A stretch of 64,000 nucleotides of DNA from Octopus sinensis (GCF_006345805.1 NC_043003.1:68696001-68760000), one strand, 5' to 3'. Positions 24,198-37,569 are shown, counted from the stretch's first letter. Notes: a model not told the origin generated them from the sequence alone. Translations and numbers: made by a program.

Positions 24198-26779
24198 ATT
24201 CACAAACTCACACACACAAACGCCCACATACATAGACGTTTATGCTTGGCAAGCTAACTTCTTACCACGCAACCATGCCTGCACCTACATTCACAAACTC
24301 ACACACACAAACGCCCACATAGACGTTTGTGCTTGGCAAACTAACTTCTTACCACGCAACCATGCCTGCACCTACATTCACAAACTCACACACACAACGC
24401 CCACATACATAGACGTTTGTGCTTGGCAAGCTAACTTCTTACCACGCAACCATGCCTGCACCTACATTCACAAACTCACAGCACACAAACGCCCACATAC
24501 ATAGACGTTTGTGCTTGGCAAACTAACTTCTTACCACGCAACCATGCCTGCACCTACATTCACAAACTCACACACACAACGCCCACATACATGGACGTTT
24601 GTGCTTGGCAAGCTAACTTCTTACCACGCAACCATGCCTGCACCTACATTCACAAACTCACACACACAAACGCCCACATACATGGACGTTTGTGCTTGGC
24701 AACTAACTTCTTACCACGCAACCATGCCTGCACCTACATTCACAAACTCACACACACAAACGCCCACATACATAGACGTTTGTGCTTGGCAAGCTAACTT
24801 CTTACCACGCAACCATGCCTGCACCTACATTCACAAACTCACACACACAAACGCCCACATACATAGACGTTTGTGCTTGGCAAACTAACTTCTTACCACG
24901 CAACCATGCCTGCACCTACATTCACAAACTCACACACACAACGCCCACATACATAGACGTTTGTGCTTGGCAAGCTAACTTCTTACCACGCAACCATGCC
25001 TGCACCTACATTCACAAACTCACACACACAAACGCCCACATACATAGACGTTTGTGCTTGGCAAGCTAACTTCTTACCACGCAACCATGCCTGCACCTAC
25101 ATTCACAAACTCACACGCACAAACGCCCACATACATAGACGTTTGTGCTTGGCAAGCTAACTTCGTACCACGCAACCATGCCTGCACCTACATTCACAAA
25201 CTCACACACACAAACGCCCACATACATAGACGTTTGTGCTTGGCAAACTAACTTCTTACCACGCAACCATGCCTGCACCTACATTCACAAACTCACACAC
25301 ACAAACGCCCACATATATAGACGTTTGTGCTTGGCAAACTAACTTCTTACCACGCAACCATGCCTGCACCTACATTCACAACTCACACACACAAACGCCC
25401 ACATACATAGACGTTTGTGCTTGGCAAACTGACTTCTTACCACGCAACCATGCCTGCACCTACATTCACAAACTCACACACACAAACGCCCACATACATA
25501 GACGTTTGTGCTTGGCAAACTAACTTCTTACCACGCAACCATGCCTGCACCTACATTCACAAACTCACACACACAAACGCCCACATACATAGACGTTTGT
25601 GCTTGGCAAGCTAACTTCTTACCACGCAACCATGCCTGCACCTACATTCACAAACTCACACACACAAACGCCCACATACATAGACGTTTGTGCTTGGCAA
25701 ACTAACTTCTTACCATGCAACCATGCCTGCACCTACATTCACAAACTCACACACACAAACGCCCACATACATAGACGTTTGTGCTTGGCAAGCTAACTTC
25801 TTACCACGCAACCATGCCTGCACCTACATTCACAAACTCACACACACAAACGCCCACATACATAGACGTTTGTGTTTGGCAAACTAACTTCTTACCACGC
25901 AACCATGCCTGCACCTACATTCACAAACTCACACACACAAACGCCCACATACATAGACGTTTGTGCTTGGCAAACTAACTTCTTACCACGCAACCATGCC
26001 TGCACCTACATTCACAAACTCACACACACAAACGCCCACATACATAGACGTTTGTGCTTGGCAAACTAACTTCTTACCACGCAACCATGCCTGCACCTAC
26101 ATTCACAAAACACACACACAAACGCCCACATACATAGACGTTTGTGCTTGGCAAACTAACTTCTTACCACGCAACCATGCCTGCACCTACATTCACAAAC
26201 TCACACACACAAACGCCCACATACATAGACGTTTGTGCTTGGCAAACTAACTTCTTACCACGCAACCATGCCTGCACCTACATTCACAAACTCACACACA
26301 CAAACGCCCACATACATAGACGTTTGTGCTTGGCAAGCTAACTTCTTACCACGCAACCATGCCTGCACCTACATTCACAAACTCACACACACAAACGCCC
26401 ACATACATAGACGTTTGTGCTTGGCAAACTAACTTCTTACCACGCAACCATGCCTGCACCTACATTCACAAACTCACACACACAAACGCCCACATACATA
26501 GACGTTTGTGCTTGGCAAGCTAACTTCTTACCACGCAACCATGCCTGCACCTACATTCACAAACTCACACACACAAACGCCCACATACATAGACGTTTGT
26601 GTTTGGCAAACTAACTTCTTACCACGCAACCATGCCTGCACCTACATTCACAAACTCACACACACAAACGCCCACGTACATAGACGTTTGTGCTTGGCAA
26701 ACTAACTTCTTACCACGCAACCATGCCTGCACCTACATTCACAAACTCACACACACAAACGCCCACATACATAGACGTA
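24150..26779. repeat. 91-bp minisatellite, 29 highly similar copies
   Basis: Unit TGTGCTTGGCAA(A/G)CTAACTTCTTACCACGCAACCATGCCTGCACCTACATTCACAAACTCACACACACAAACGCCCACATACATAGACGTT. Confidence 0.97.
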
Positions 26780-27001
26780 TACAAAGGTTGTGCTGAAAAC
26801 TTCATGCCTTTGAGTAACAGAAAATACAGGAGGATAATTTAATTATGATTTTATTCAATATATTTCCTTCTCAGATTTACACTCTTATTGCAGCGATCCT
26901 TCAGTTTTTCTAAGTTTTATAGAAGAGTTCGGAAGGTTGAGCCTCCAACAAGGCCTTTCACCATAACATTAAAGCCAGCACCTTTTCAGCTCTCCCTCGT
27001 A
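26780..27001. mobile_element. Mariner-type MITE
   Basis: Imperfect TIRs TACAAAGGTTGTGCTGAAAA and TTTTCAGCTCTCCCTCGTA with TA ends. Confidence 0.6.
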
Positions 27002-27143
27002 TATATAAACTATTTTATGATATTACATAGTACATGTCACATAATCAGAGATTTCTGAATATAAATACCCGTATGTAACTGCCTAATGTACAGACGCAAA
27101 TGCGCAAGCAACAGATACACTAGCATATATGAATATTTTTATG

Positions 27144-27251
<108 letters not shown>

Positions 27252-27754
27252 ACATATATACTCTGTATATGTATATATGTATATATATTTACATATGTAC
27301 AGAGATAGATATATATAGATAGATACGTATACATGTACATATATATATATATATACATGTATGTATGTATCTATATATGTGTGTGTGTGTGTGTGTGTGG
27401 AAATGTGTGTATGTAGGCCTGCTTATGAATTTCTGAGCGAGTATTCATACCTAGAGATCGGGAAATGATATTTCGTGATTATTTGTTAAATATGGCATGA
27501 AAAGAGGCCCAGAGCGAAGGGCCCTTCACTCTGTGAATATAGCAGATGCGGAAGCGTAGATACCAATCTACGTCCTTTGCAGTGGTGTATATGAATACAA
27601 CGGAATATTCCTGGGAATAGGAATTGTGACCAATCTCATGCTATATGCGCACAAGTTAGAAAAAAAGAAAGGGTGGTGTCATATTTGCTTTTGCTATATG
27701 GATTCAAAAACATAAACACACTCATGTGTGCGTGTATATATAAGTATATATTTA

Positions 27755-27981
27755 CTCTCTTTTTACTTGATTCAGTCATCCCACTGTGGCCATACTGGAG
27801 CACTCCCTGTATTCTAGCAAATCGACCCCAGGACTTATTCTCTGTAAGCCTACTACTTATTCTATCAGTCTCTGTTGCCGATCCGCTAGATTACGGGGAC
27901 GTAGACACATCAGCATCGGTTGTCAAGCGAGGTTGGGGGACCAACACAGACACACACACATATATACACACACACACATAC

Positions 27982-28037
<56 letters not shown>

Positions 28038-28210
28038 TACATATATACGACGGGCCTCTTTCAGTTCCTGTCTACCAAATCTACTCACAAGACTTGGGTC
28101 GGCCCGAGGCTATAGTACAAGACACTTGTCCAAAGTGCCACACAGCGGGACTGAACCCAGGACCATGTGGCTGGTAAGCAATATACTTACCACACAGCCA
28201 CTCCTACGCT
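27755..28210 (-). mobile_element. SINE family A, full length
   Basis: Tail, internal (CA)n(TA)n and tRNA-like head all present. Confidence 0.85.
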
Positions 28211-28238
28211 TATATATATAAATAATGTATATACATAC

Positions 28239-28276
<38 letters not shown>

Positions 28277-28319
28277 ATTATACGTATATACATATATATG
28301 TGTGTGTATACGTATGTAC

Positions 28320-28354
<35 letters not shown>

Positions 28355-28518
28355 GTGGTTGTATAAAGTCAACAAAACGTGACAGTCTCGTAGAGGGAAT
28401 TACACCACCGCTATATAACCCTAGGAAGCATCGACGATTCCTGTCAGCTTTGACAAATTTTCTGTGTCCTTATATTTGCAAAAGGGAGGCAAGCACCCCC
28501 ACCAGCTAGGACTAGCAA

Positions 28519-28564
28519 CCTGAATACATGCATGTTTCTGGGTATTGACCGTCATCAGTTCAGG
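28519..28564 (-). ncRNA. Type I hammerhead ribozyme
   Basis: CCUGAA CUGAUGA CGGU-CAAUA-CCCA GAA ACAUGCAUGU A UUCAGG; helix II partly mutated. Confidence 0.75.
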
Positions 28565-29673
28565 GTAGAAATTCCTTATTATCAAAGGAAATGTCCGAAT
28601 ACAGAAGTAGAGAAAAGGTTGGAAACAACAGTGGAAGAAAAAGCAACCGATGAAGAGAAGATGGAGAACAATAATAGAACGAATATGGTGAAGAGAAGGA
28701 AGAGAGAACAAGTCACCACCTTTGGAAGAGGCAAAAAAGAGTAAAACAGCGGCAGAGAATATAACTTTTCAGAACGGTAACACAGAGGAGCCAACTATGG
28801 AAGGGATAGAGAGTGCGATGGAACTGCAATACGAAAACGAAATAGAGCGAGAAAATTTAGAGTTGTGTGAGCTAAAAGATAGAGAACAGATGGAAGAGAC
28901 GCATTTGAAAAAGTCACCAACTTTTATAAGAAACGGAAAAAAGTAGTGGAATGGCAGAGAATATAACAGACCAGGACGGTAACACTGAGAGAATATATAT
29001 GGAAGATATGCTGAGAGCGATGAACCTGCACAGCGAAGAAGTGTGGCAGTGGTTTAGGCTCAAAGAAAAAGAACAGATGGAAGAGAAGTATTTGCAGTCG
29101 GGAGAAAATTCAGATATACAAACGGAGATGAACGAAGAAGTATACACGAGAAGAGAAACACAAGAAAAGAAAGAGAACGAGAGGAAAATGAAATGTAACA
29201 ATAATAAATGTGGAAACAAAACGTAGACGGTAAGTATAATTAAGAGTGTAACGCAACGAATTTTTTTTTTTTAAATATGAAATGAACTGCAAATGAACTG
29301 AGAATTGAACTTGTGTTATTTGTCTGTGAAATTTAATATGTAAAAAAAAACGAAAAAGTAACGACTGGAAAAAAAAGATAAAATAGAAAAAGAAAATGCA
29401 AAGACTAATGTGAACAATTAATGATAAATTTTACGATATTGATAAGAAGACCATCGCGGTTTTGCCTCACACTGAGACCCGATGGTATTGAGAATTAATG
29501 TGAAAAATTTCACTGTTCGTCTCACAGCGGGAGTGAGTCGAACAGCTTCATTCTCATTATTAATCACTCCATCAATCATACATCATTTGATTTATATTCC
29601 CGTTTTGTCTTGTTTTGTCCCCTCTATGTAATCAAGCCATTGTGCCTATAATAAAAAGAAAAGGACACGCTAC

Positions 29674-29719
29674 TCTGAACTGATGATGGGCAATACCCAG
29701 AAACATGCATGAATTTAGA
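29674..29719 (+). ncRNA. Type I hammerhead ribozyme, cleavage triplet mutated
   Basis: UCUGAA CUGAUGA UGGG-CAAUA-CCCA GAAACAUGCAUG AA UUUAGA; helix I covaries with the other copy. Confidence 0.7.
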
Positions 29720-29968
29720 TTGCTGTTCCTAGCTGGTGGAGGTGCTTGCCTCCCCTTTGCGAATATAAGGACACAGAAAATGTGTCAAAGCTGACAGGAA
29801 GCGTCGATGCTTCCTAGGGCTATATAGCGGTGGTGTAATTCCCTCTACGGGACTGTCACGTTTTGTTGACTTTATACAACCACTTTATCGCTCCACCACC
29901 GCTCATGTCTCGTTGAGACATTTAGTAATTCATTATTTCCAATCATATATATATATATATATATATAT

Positions 29969-30009
<41 letters not shown>

Positions 30010-30050
30010 ATATATACATACATATATAATATATATACATACATATATAG

Positions 30051-30081
<31 letters not shown>

Positions 30082-30245
30082 CATATAAATATATACATAT
30101 GTATATATCATATATATATATTTATATACATATATATATACATATATATATGTATATATATATATTACATATATATATATATATATATATACATATTATA
30201 TATATATACATAATATATATATATATTAATATATATATATATACG

Positions 30246-30344
<99 letters not shown>

Positions 30345-30367
30345 TAAAAAGATGAGTGTATTTTTAC

Positions 30368-30546
30368 CTTGTTCATCTCCGTTTGTATATCTGAATTTTC
30401 TCCCGACTGCAGATACTTCTCTTCCATCTGTTCTTTTTCTTTGAGCCTAAACCACTGCCACACTTCTTCGCTTTGCAGGTTCATCGCTCTCAACATATCT
30501 TCCATATATATTCTCTCAGTGTTACCGTCCTGGTCTGTTATATTCT
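30368..30546 (-). repeat. Near-identical inverted copy of 28958-29133
   Basis: Both translate [44 protein letters not shown]. Confidence 0.9.
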
Positions 30547-30760
30547 AGATATTACTCTATTATTAATTCACATACGGTTAGGATAGGTTTTTCAAACACA
30601 AAAAAATCTCTTACAAATTATCTCTTCACTTAATAACAAACTGTTAAATATTAATACATTTACTAATACTAACATTAATTTAGCTAATACCATCCAAACC
30701 TCAATAAATATTAATAACAAGGTTATTGTATCTGAAGTCAATTCCAATACAATTAAGTTT

Positions 30761-31174
30761 ATGTCAAGTAACTCTAAGATTAAAAATTCTATATACCAGT
30801 GTATAATCAGTACTCGTAATAAAGTACGATTTTACATTGGAAGCACATCGTTAGAGTTATCTAAAATAATTTCTATCCATTACTCAACATTTAGGGATAG
30901 AAATAAACGTAATAGTACCGGTCTCAGCAAACTGATTTGGGATTTAAAAGACCACAATGAACAATTTCATTTAGAATGGTTGATTCTCTCAATTTCGATA
31001 CCTTATAACAAAGTCAAGGAATTCTGTCTTCTCTGCAATTCTGAGCTATTTTTCATTATTTTTTCTAAAAATACTCTAGTAAACGCGGTTATAGAACGAG
31101 CATGCAGATGTAAGCATTGGCAAAAACACACATTTAGTGCGTATAAGTATTCTCTAACTATATATATAATTTAA
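30761..31174 (+). pseudogene. GIY-YIG endonuclease of a 5'-truncated Penelope-like element (Naiad-like)
   Basis: SIYQC...FYIGST...H...F...STGLSKLIWDLKD...W...Y...CLLCNSE...CRCKH; no RT upstream. Confidence 0.85.
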
Positions 31175-31701
31175 AGTTTAATTTCCTTTATATTTAACAT
31201 TCACTATTGGTATCCCTACTCCTTCTGTTAGCTACTTATGAGGTTATATCATATAACGTTTTTTTAAGCAATATTAATAGCGTTCTGTCAATCGCTATAC
31301 AAATCCATCATTTTTTGCTAAAATGTCTTATTGACATGTTTCGTGTTTTTCCCTTTCCCGAAGAGAAGATTGCATTGTTTATACCATTTATTCTTTTGAA
31401 TAGTATCAGTGGAATTTTCGAAACATGTGTCGAAAGTAAAAATATTTGATTTACACCTGCGTTAAACTCCATTTATTTATTCATATATACATATATATAC
31501 ATATATATACATATATATATACATATATATATACATACATAATATATATATATATACATATATATACATACATATATATATACATACATATATATAGACA
31601 TATATATATATATACATACATATATATACATGCATACATATATACATATATATATATACATACATATCTATATACATATATATATAAATATATATATATA
31701 C

Positions 31702-31732
<31 letters not shown>

Positions 31733-31848
31733 CATATACATATATTAATATATATATACATATATATATATATACATATGTATATATATATACATTATAT
31801 ATACATATATATATATATATATACAATATATATACATAATATATATAC

Positions 31849-31881
<33 letters not shown>

Positions 31882-31948
31882 AATATATATATATACATAT
31901 ATATATAAATATATATATATACATATATATATACACACGTATATATAT

Positions 31949-31990
<42 letters not shown>

Positions 31991-32135
31991 ACATATAAAA
32001 TTAGTGTACATTTCTATACTAAAAAGAGGCGAGCTTAACAGGACACCTTACATGCTAAAAAAAACAGTCACATCTCAAACCACGGTTATGAGTAACTTTT
32101 AAGGGAATGAAAACTAAAAACATTTTCAGTAGTTA

Positions 32136-32203
32136 CATGTACTTAGGTTTCGAACATCAAAGAACAAATGAAATAATTTGCCATCCGTGTCCTCATCAGC
32201 AAG
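32136..32203 (-). ncRNA. Type I hammerhead with extended helix II, in a (TA)n-flanked insert (about 31997-32380)
   Basis: CUUG CUGAUGA GGACA...UGUUC GAA ACCUAAGU A CAUG. Confidence 0.65.
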
Positions 32204-32379
32204 GGCGCTATGACTAATGTATATTTGTGGAACGCACATGTTTCCATCTATATACACTATGAGGTTTCAAATCCACCGCGCAAGCTCAGTTGTATTCTAC
32301 AGCAAATAAAAATTTATGTACCAACATTTCTTCAAAATTACGAATAATTCTATTAAGAAAATATAGAGGGTAGGAAAAC

Positions 32380-32437
<58 letters not shown>

Positions 32438-33162
32438 CATATATGTATATTCACATATATATATGCATACATATATAGATACATACATTATACTATATTA
32501 AGTATATATGTGTGGGTGTATGTGTGTATTGGCGCTACACATTTGCATCTGTTTCTGTACAGTAAGGCAATGACTTCAAATATCTCTGAGATTTTGCCCT
32601 CATTTCTATACATAATTTCAAATTCAAATAATAAAGGATGTAGATACTAGCGTCGCTATCAGATTTAATTCAGTAAATTTTAAATTAATTATTAAAAAAA
32701 AAACGCGTTTTAAAGGATAAAAAGGCGAAATTGGAAGCAGAATGCTTATGAAGAAATATAATAAGCAATAATGTAAGAATAAAAAATTAAAACACAATAA
32801 ATCTAATATAATGAATCTTGTCAATTAATTGTCGTTCGTTTTTGTATTTTTGCTGTAACCGCAGCGGTATTATTTATTAAAAAAGGAAGATAGCAAAAGT
32901 GTATATTTCAATGTGTGTGAGCTGAGTTAAAATGTGTGACATAAAAGATAAGAAATGCTATCACAATGATATAAATGAAATATGAAATTAAAAATTATAT
33001 TACTTAGGAGACGTAAAAGATAAGAACTCTTATCACGTTTCTATTAGCATTTTTAAATACTGTATTGTCTAAAAATATATATCTACATTAAAACTGTATA
33101 ATTTGTTTGAATAGCTGCTTTCGTGTCCATTGCTTCGACTGAGGTCGATTTTGATAGTCAAG

Positions 33163-34058
33163 CAAGGCGACTAGCTGGCAGAAACGTTAGCACACCGGGC
33201 GAAATGGTTAGCGGCATTTCGTCCGTCTTTACGTTCTGAGTTCAAATTCCGCCGAAGTCGACTTTGCCTTTCGTACTTTCCGGGTCGATAAATTAAGTAC
33301 CAGTTGCGGGATCTTTTCGGTTTGAAAGGCATTTTTTAAAAATAATTTCTATGTAACAAAAAAATGTTAAACTTCGTATACTGGTAGAATGTGTTTATAA
33401 AACGCCTTTTTCTCTTGGCTTTCTTGAGAAAATTCTGTAGTAAGATATTTAGTCTTTAATTTCTTGCATTTTTGCAATTTCAATCAATCAATGACGTCTA
33501 TTGAGGTGAAAACAATATCTGCCGAAGTCTGTCAGCAGCAATTTTTTGCGGTGTCATATGAAAATATCCCTGCTATTTATGAGAAAAAAGATACCAGGTA
33601 GCCATAAACTGAGGGGTCACTCGTAAACAGAGCTGGATAACAAAACCGTTCCCTCTTTAGTGTCCACACATAATTATGACCCTAGTATCGATCTATTGCA
33701 TTTCAATCTGTTTTAGGGTTAGTTAGAGTTAGGGTTAAGGTTAGGGTTAGGGGTGGGGGAAGGGTATCTTTTTTCTTCAGAAATGTAAATAAACCCAATC
33801 TGTTTCTTAGAGACATTAAAGACCAAATATCTTACAAACTACAGAATTTTCTCAAGAAAGCCAAGAGAAAAGGATGTTTTATAAACACATTCTATCAGTA
33901 TACGAAGTTAAAATTTTTTTAGTTACATAGAAATTATTTTCAAAAACTGCCGTTCAAACCGAAAAGATCCCAGTTGCGTACTGGGGAGGGGACAATGTAA
34001 TTGACTGGCCCCATCTCCCACCAAAATTTCAGACCTTGTGCTTAGAGTAGAAAAGGAT
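33163..34058 (+). mobile_element. SINE family B interrupted by a MITE
   Basis: Head and core 33163-33308 resume at 33971. Confidence 0.85.
33309..33970. mobile_element. Non-autonomous DNA transposon with about 140-bp TIRs, TSD and internal TTAGGG tract
   Basis: GGATCTTTTCGGTTTGAA...TTCAAACCGAAAAGATCC flanked by CAGTTGCG duplication (33301-33308, 33971-33978). Confidence 0.9.
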
Positions 34059-35049
34059 CTTGATAGTCGAGTATAAATTTATTGTAAACGTATTATGCCG
34101 TTTTTAAGGAGCACTTTCGGCCACATCTACCAAATGTTATACCCAAACACAGTGACTAGTTCATTGAAACTCTATCTGTAATCTTAAGGAGAATTTATTC
34201 CAAACAAAAACAAAGAAAATAACTTTGTTAGTATATAACACTTCTAGACACTAATTGCTTCTTTTTGCTTTTTTTTTACTGTTTTTGTTTTCTTAAACAA
34301 CTAAATTAGGAGCAAGTCTCTTAGACATTACTGTGTTCGAATCCTAGAACTCGTAGGGCAGGTACCCGGTTTTCGTGACATACAAGTGAGCGAGAACATA
34401 ACACGCCATCACACTGAACAGGACATTACTGAAATGGAGCAATGTGAAATGAGACAATTTGGATTTAAATCTAAAGGAATCTAAATGAAATTCATAGAAA
34501 TCAATGTGGCATAGTACGAGAAACACCAAAATATAAAAATGTGTACATACAATCCAATAAACCAAGAAATTTATATCAGATTGATTATGACATATAAACA
34601 CATATTAGATTCAATCGCCAGCCGCAAACTAGAAATAAATATCATAATCGAAATCAGCGAACAATTGAATTATTACAGAGAAATATTAATGAGAGAAGTG
34701 AATCTTTTCTCCCAGAGATCTTATATTCCACCACCAAAATCCTTATGAAAATTACTCGCAAAAACAGAAATTATGTTTAATTATTTCCACAAATATTGAC
34801 TTTGGTAAAAGAAGGAAAGGTTTATTTGATGGAAGAATCCCCAACTAGTAAATATTTACCCTTCTCCGTTTATAGAATAATACTCATTGAGGAGTAGATT
34901 GGTTTAGGTCTATGTAAAAAAAATACTGAGAACGATAGCAATTAATGCACAACAATGTTCAAAGAACGCTGCAACCAGCATATACACACCTTTAGTAACT
35001 GTACCAGGAAAAAGGCATCTCAGTCTTAAATATGACCTTGTGAAACAAG

Positions 35050-37260
35050 CATTGCTTATTTAATTGCTGAGACCCAAGGAAGGAAAAGAGAAATTACAGG
35101 CTCTTAGAGACGAATGAGATTAATACCAGTAATGTCCAATTAGAACTTTTACAGTTTAATACCTAAAGAAAAGACATGTGCAGGGAGGACATTCCAGAGG
35201 AGCAACGTTCTAGGAATGAAAGTTTGGATATAGTGCAGTCAAAGGCTGGTTAGATGTACCATCTATAGCAAGGGGTGGAAAGACGAGTGGATCGAGGTGC
35301 TTATGTAGAGGAAGTACGAGAGCAACCAAATTCAATGGGCAGAAAACATTGGCTATTAGCAACCGAAAAAAGAGACAACACATATGAGCCAGAGGTTGGA
35401 ATATGAGAGCCAATCAATTCAGTGGACTTTCTCTGGATGCTATCAAGAATATCAATGAGCATAGCAGTAACACCGTCCTTAAAGTGGTAGAAATACTTCA
35501 TTGTGAATCTCACTGGAGCCTTGTAGGATGCCGTCAGCTATTTGGTATGAAATAATTTCTGATACTAAAAAAGAGGTCAAGTCCTTAGTCCTTAGTATGT
35601 GGGTCTTGCTATTTTAAATGACGTATTTACATCTGACGAATCCTCAGTGATAGTGAGTCGCAGAATCTGGAACGACTGTTAAGTTTCTGACTAAGTGCCG
35701 CTTATTTTGGGGGGCACTTTCCTTGATATGATAAGTACTTGTGTTTTGGGGGAGCCTTATTCAAAGAGACATAATTTACATGGTCGCAAAGAGTATTCTG
35801 TAAAGGTTTTCGTTGATAAAATGATACATCTTTATTGCTTACTAACGATGCATTGTTAAGTAAGTCAGATATGAATGAAAGGTGTATCTTCTGCATAAGA
35901 GTGAGCAATGTGAAAAAGAGGGAAAATAGTTCATTGATATTTTGTAGGAATAAATGGCTGAGGATAAAACCGAACATTAGAATTTATTGGCACAGAAAGA
36001 GTTCCTTCAGATATTTCTGTAATGAAGTGATCCAATATGAAGTTATCGAGACGCGAAATGAGGGTGGGAGGAACCTGTAGGCAGGAGGTTTTAAAAAACG
36101 ACTTGGATGCCAAACAACTTTGAAGGGATCGCAGTTGTTTGGAGAAATGCTTATATTCTCAAAAGCGGGAGCCTGATGATGGGTGACATACGAGTGTAAG
36201 TCGCCTGTGGACCAAACTTTGAGGAAAGGGTATTTTTGATCACTGAGGAACGGGAAAGATAAATCATGATGTAGATTATAAAAGCGAGAGCAATGGACCG
36301 ATAGTTGGCTTTCGTTAGAATAAGGGACAGTGGAGCATGATTCAAGTTATCAGAACATATACCTGTAGAGAATGAGAGATTAAAGAGGTAAATAGATATA
36401 GGAACAAGTTCAAGGGTGCATTCTTTGAATGTAATGGAATGGACGTTGTTTGGGACGAAGACCTAGATGACGTGTAGCAGTTGAAGATATTTGCGCTCTT
36501 GGCGTGAGAGTAAACAGGATGTTAAACTTTAGGGAATGGAATGAGAAGGAAGGGTTTCAGAATTTTGTAGGGAGAAGAATTTTGTAGTTATGGGATGCAA
36601 AGGAGACCATTTCCCAAGGAATATTGTTTACGAACCACCGTTCTTTAAAAGAAGAGAGAAAATGATAGATACTATTTTGCCACGAAAAGTTAAGGCTGGG
36701 CTACATTTTGGAAGGAGGTAGGAGAGCTTAAGGAACGAGTGTTGCACGAAGACAACCATTGCACAGTAAATAGTGGGCTTACAAGGTTTACACCGCTGGG
36801 AGAACATCCCTTAGTTTGGATGAGAGGCTGAGGTGAAGACGTTGTTCTTTGCCCAAACAGCTGCATTGCAGCGAAGATTAAGCCGATCAGAGAACTCGGA
36901 ACAGCATGCGTGTGTATGCCAGTGTGTGTGTGCGCATGTGGTATGTGTGCGTTGAAAGTGCAGGGATATGCCTAAAAGGAAAGTTTCAGTCACATGTCTA
37001 TCTATTTTTGAATTGTCACATTTGTAGGCAATGGTAAGTGGCATAAATTTCATGGAGCTTCGACCTGTCAGCTGACTTGAAATATCTGAGAATCCTAAAG
37101 GAGAGGAATGATATGTGATTGTAGTTGTGTATGGAGCATTTGTAACGAGGCCATCGTTGAACGGCCCGAAACGTTTAACAGGGGTTATTTCAGAGGTGCA
37201 AAAGAGATCAAAGGTGTTCGGGTCGTCTGCGTGACGGTCTGACATGTGAGTAGAGGATGA
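35050..37260 (-). pseudogene. Heavily degraded APE-RT LINE ORF2 (CR1/Jockey group)
   Basis: PNTFDLFCTS (APE end), NYRSIAL (RT), LDSIQRKSTELI and QPLAH (post-RT) occur in the expected order. Confidence 0.65.
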
Positions 37261-37569
37261 ACATGAATTTACAAAACACTGAGATTTCAGACTCGATAAC
37301 GGCAAAATCGGTACGCGATATATGATATAAAATGTTCGATATAAATATATGTATACAAGAGAAAAACTTTGAAGCAATCAATAGATACTAATAAGAAATT
37401 GCAACATGTATGCCTAAGCAAGATATGCAAAATATAAATCCGTTACACTTACAAGAAAGCTTTAAATAAAAACAACCCCATCGCAAAGTATTTCTCACCT
37501 GCATACTTCTAGATATTTAAATTAATAACAACTTCTTCTACAACGGTTTATATATATATATATATATAA

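Larger units (their letters stand above)
28353..29884. mobile_element. Element with about 215-bp inverted terminal repeats, each holding a hammerhead, around a 1.1-kb purine-rich interior
   Basis: 28353-28568 is the reverse complement of 29670-29884; HHRs at 28519-28564 (-) and 29674-29719 (+); (TA)n on both sides. Confidence 0.85.

Noticed and set aside
24150-26779. CRISPR array or repetitive protein-coding gene
   Set aside because: No unique spacers, no cas genes, eukaryotic context. The unit length of 91 is not a multiple of 3, so the staggered ORFs are artefacts
31388-31436. Possible hammerhead after the GIY-YIG ORF (TTGAATA...GAAACATGTGTC)
   Set aside because: Plausible position, but helices I and II pair poorly
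33713-33752. True telomere or chromosome fusion scar
   Set aside because: Short, degenerate, single orientation and internal to a TIR element
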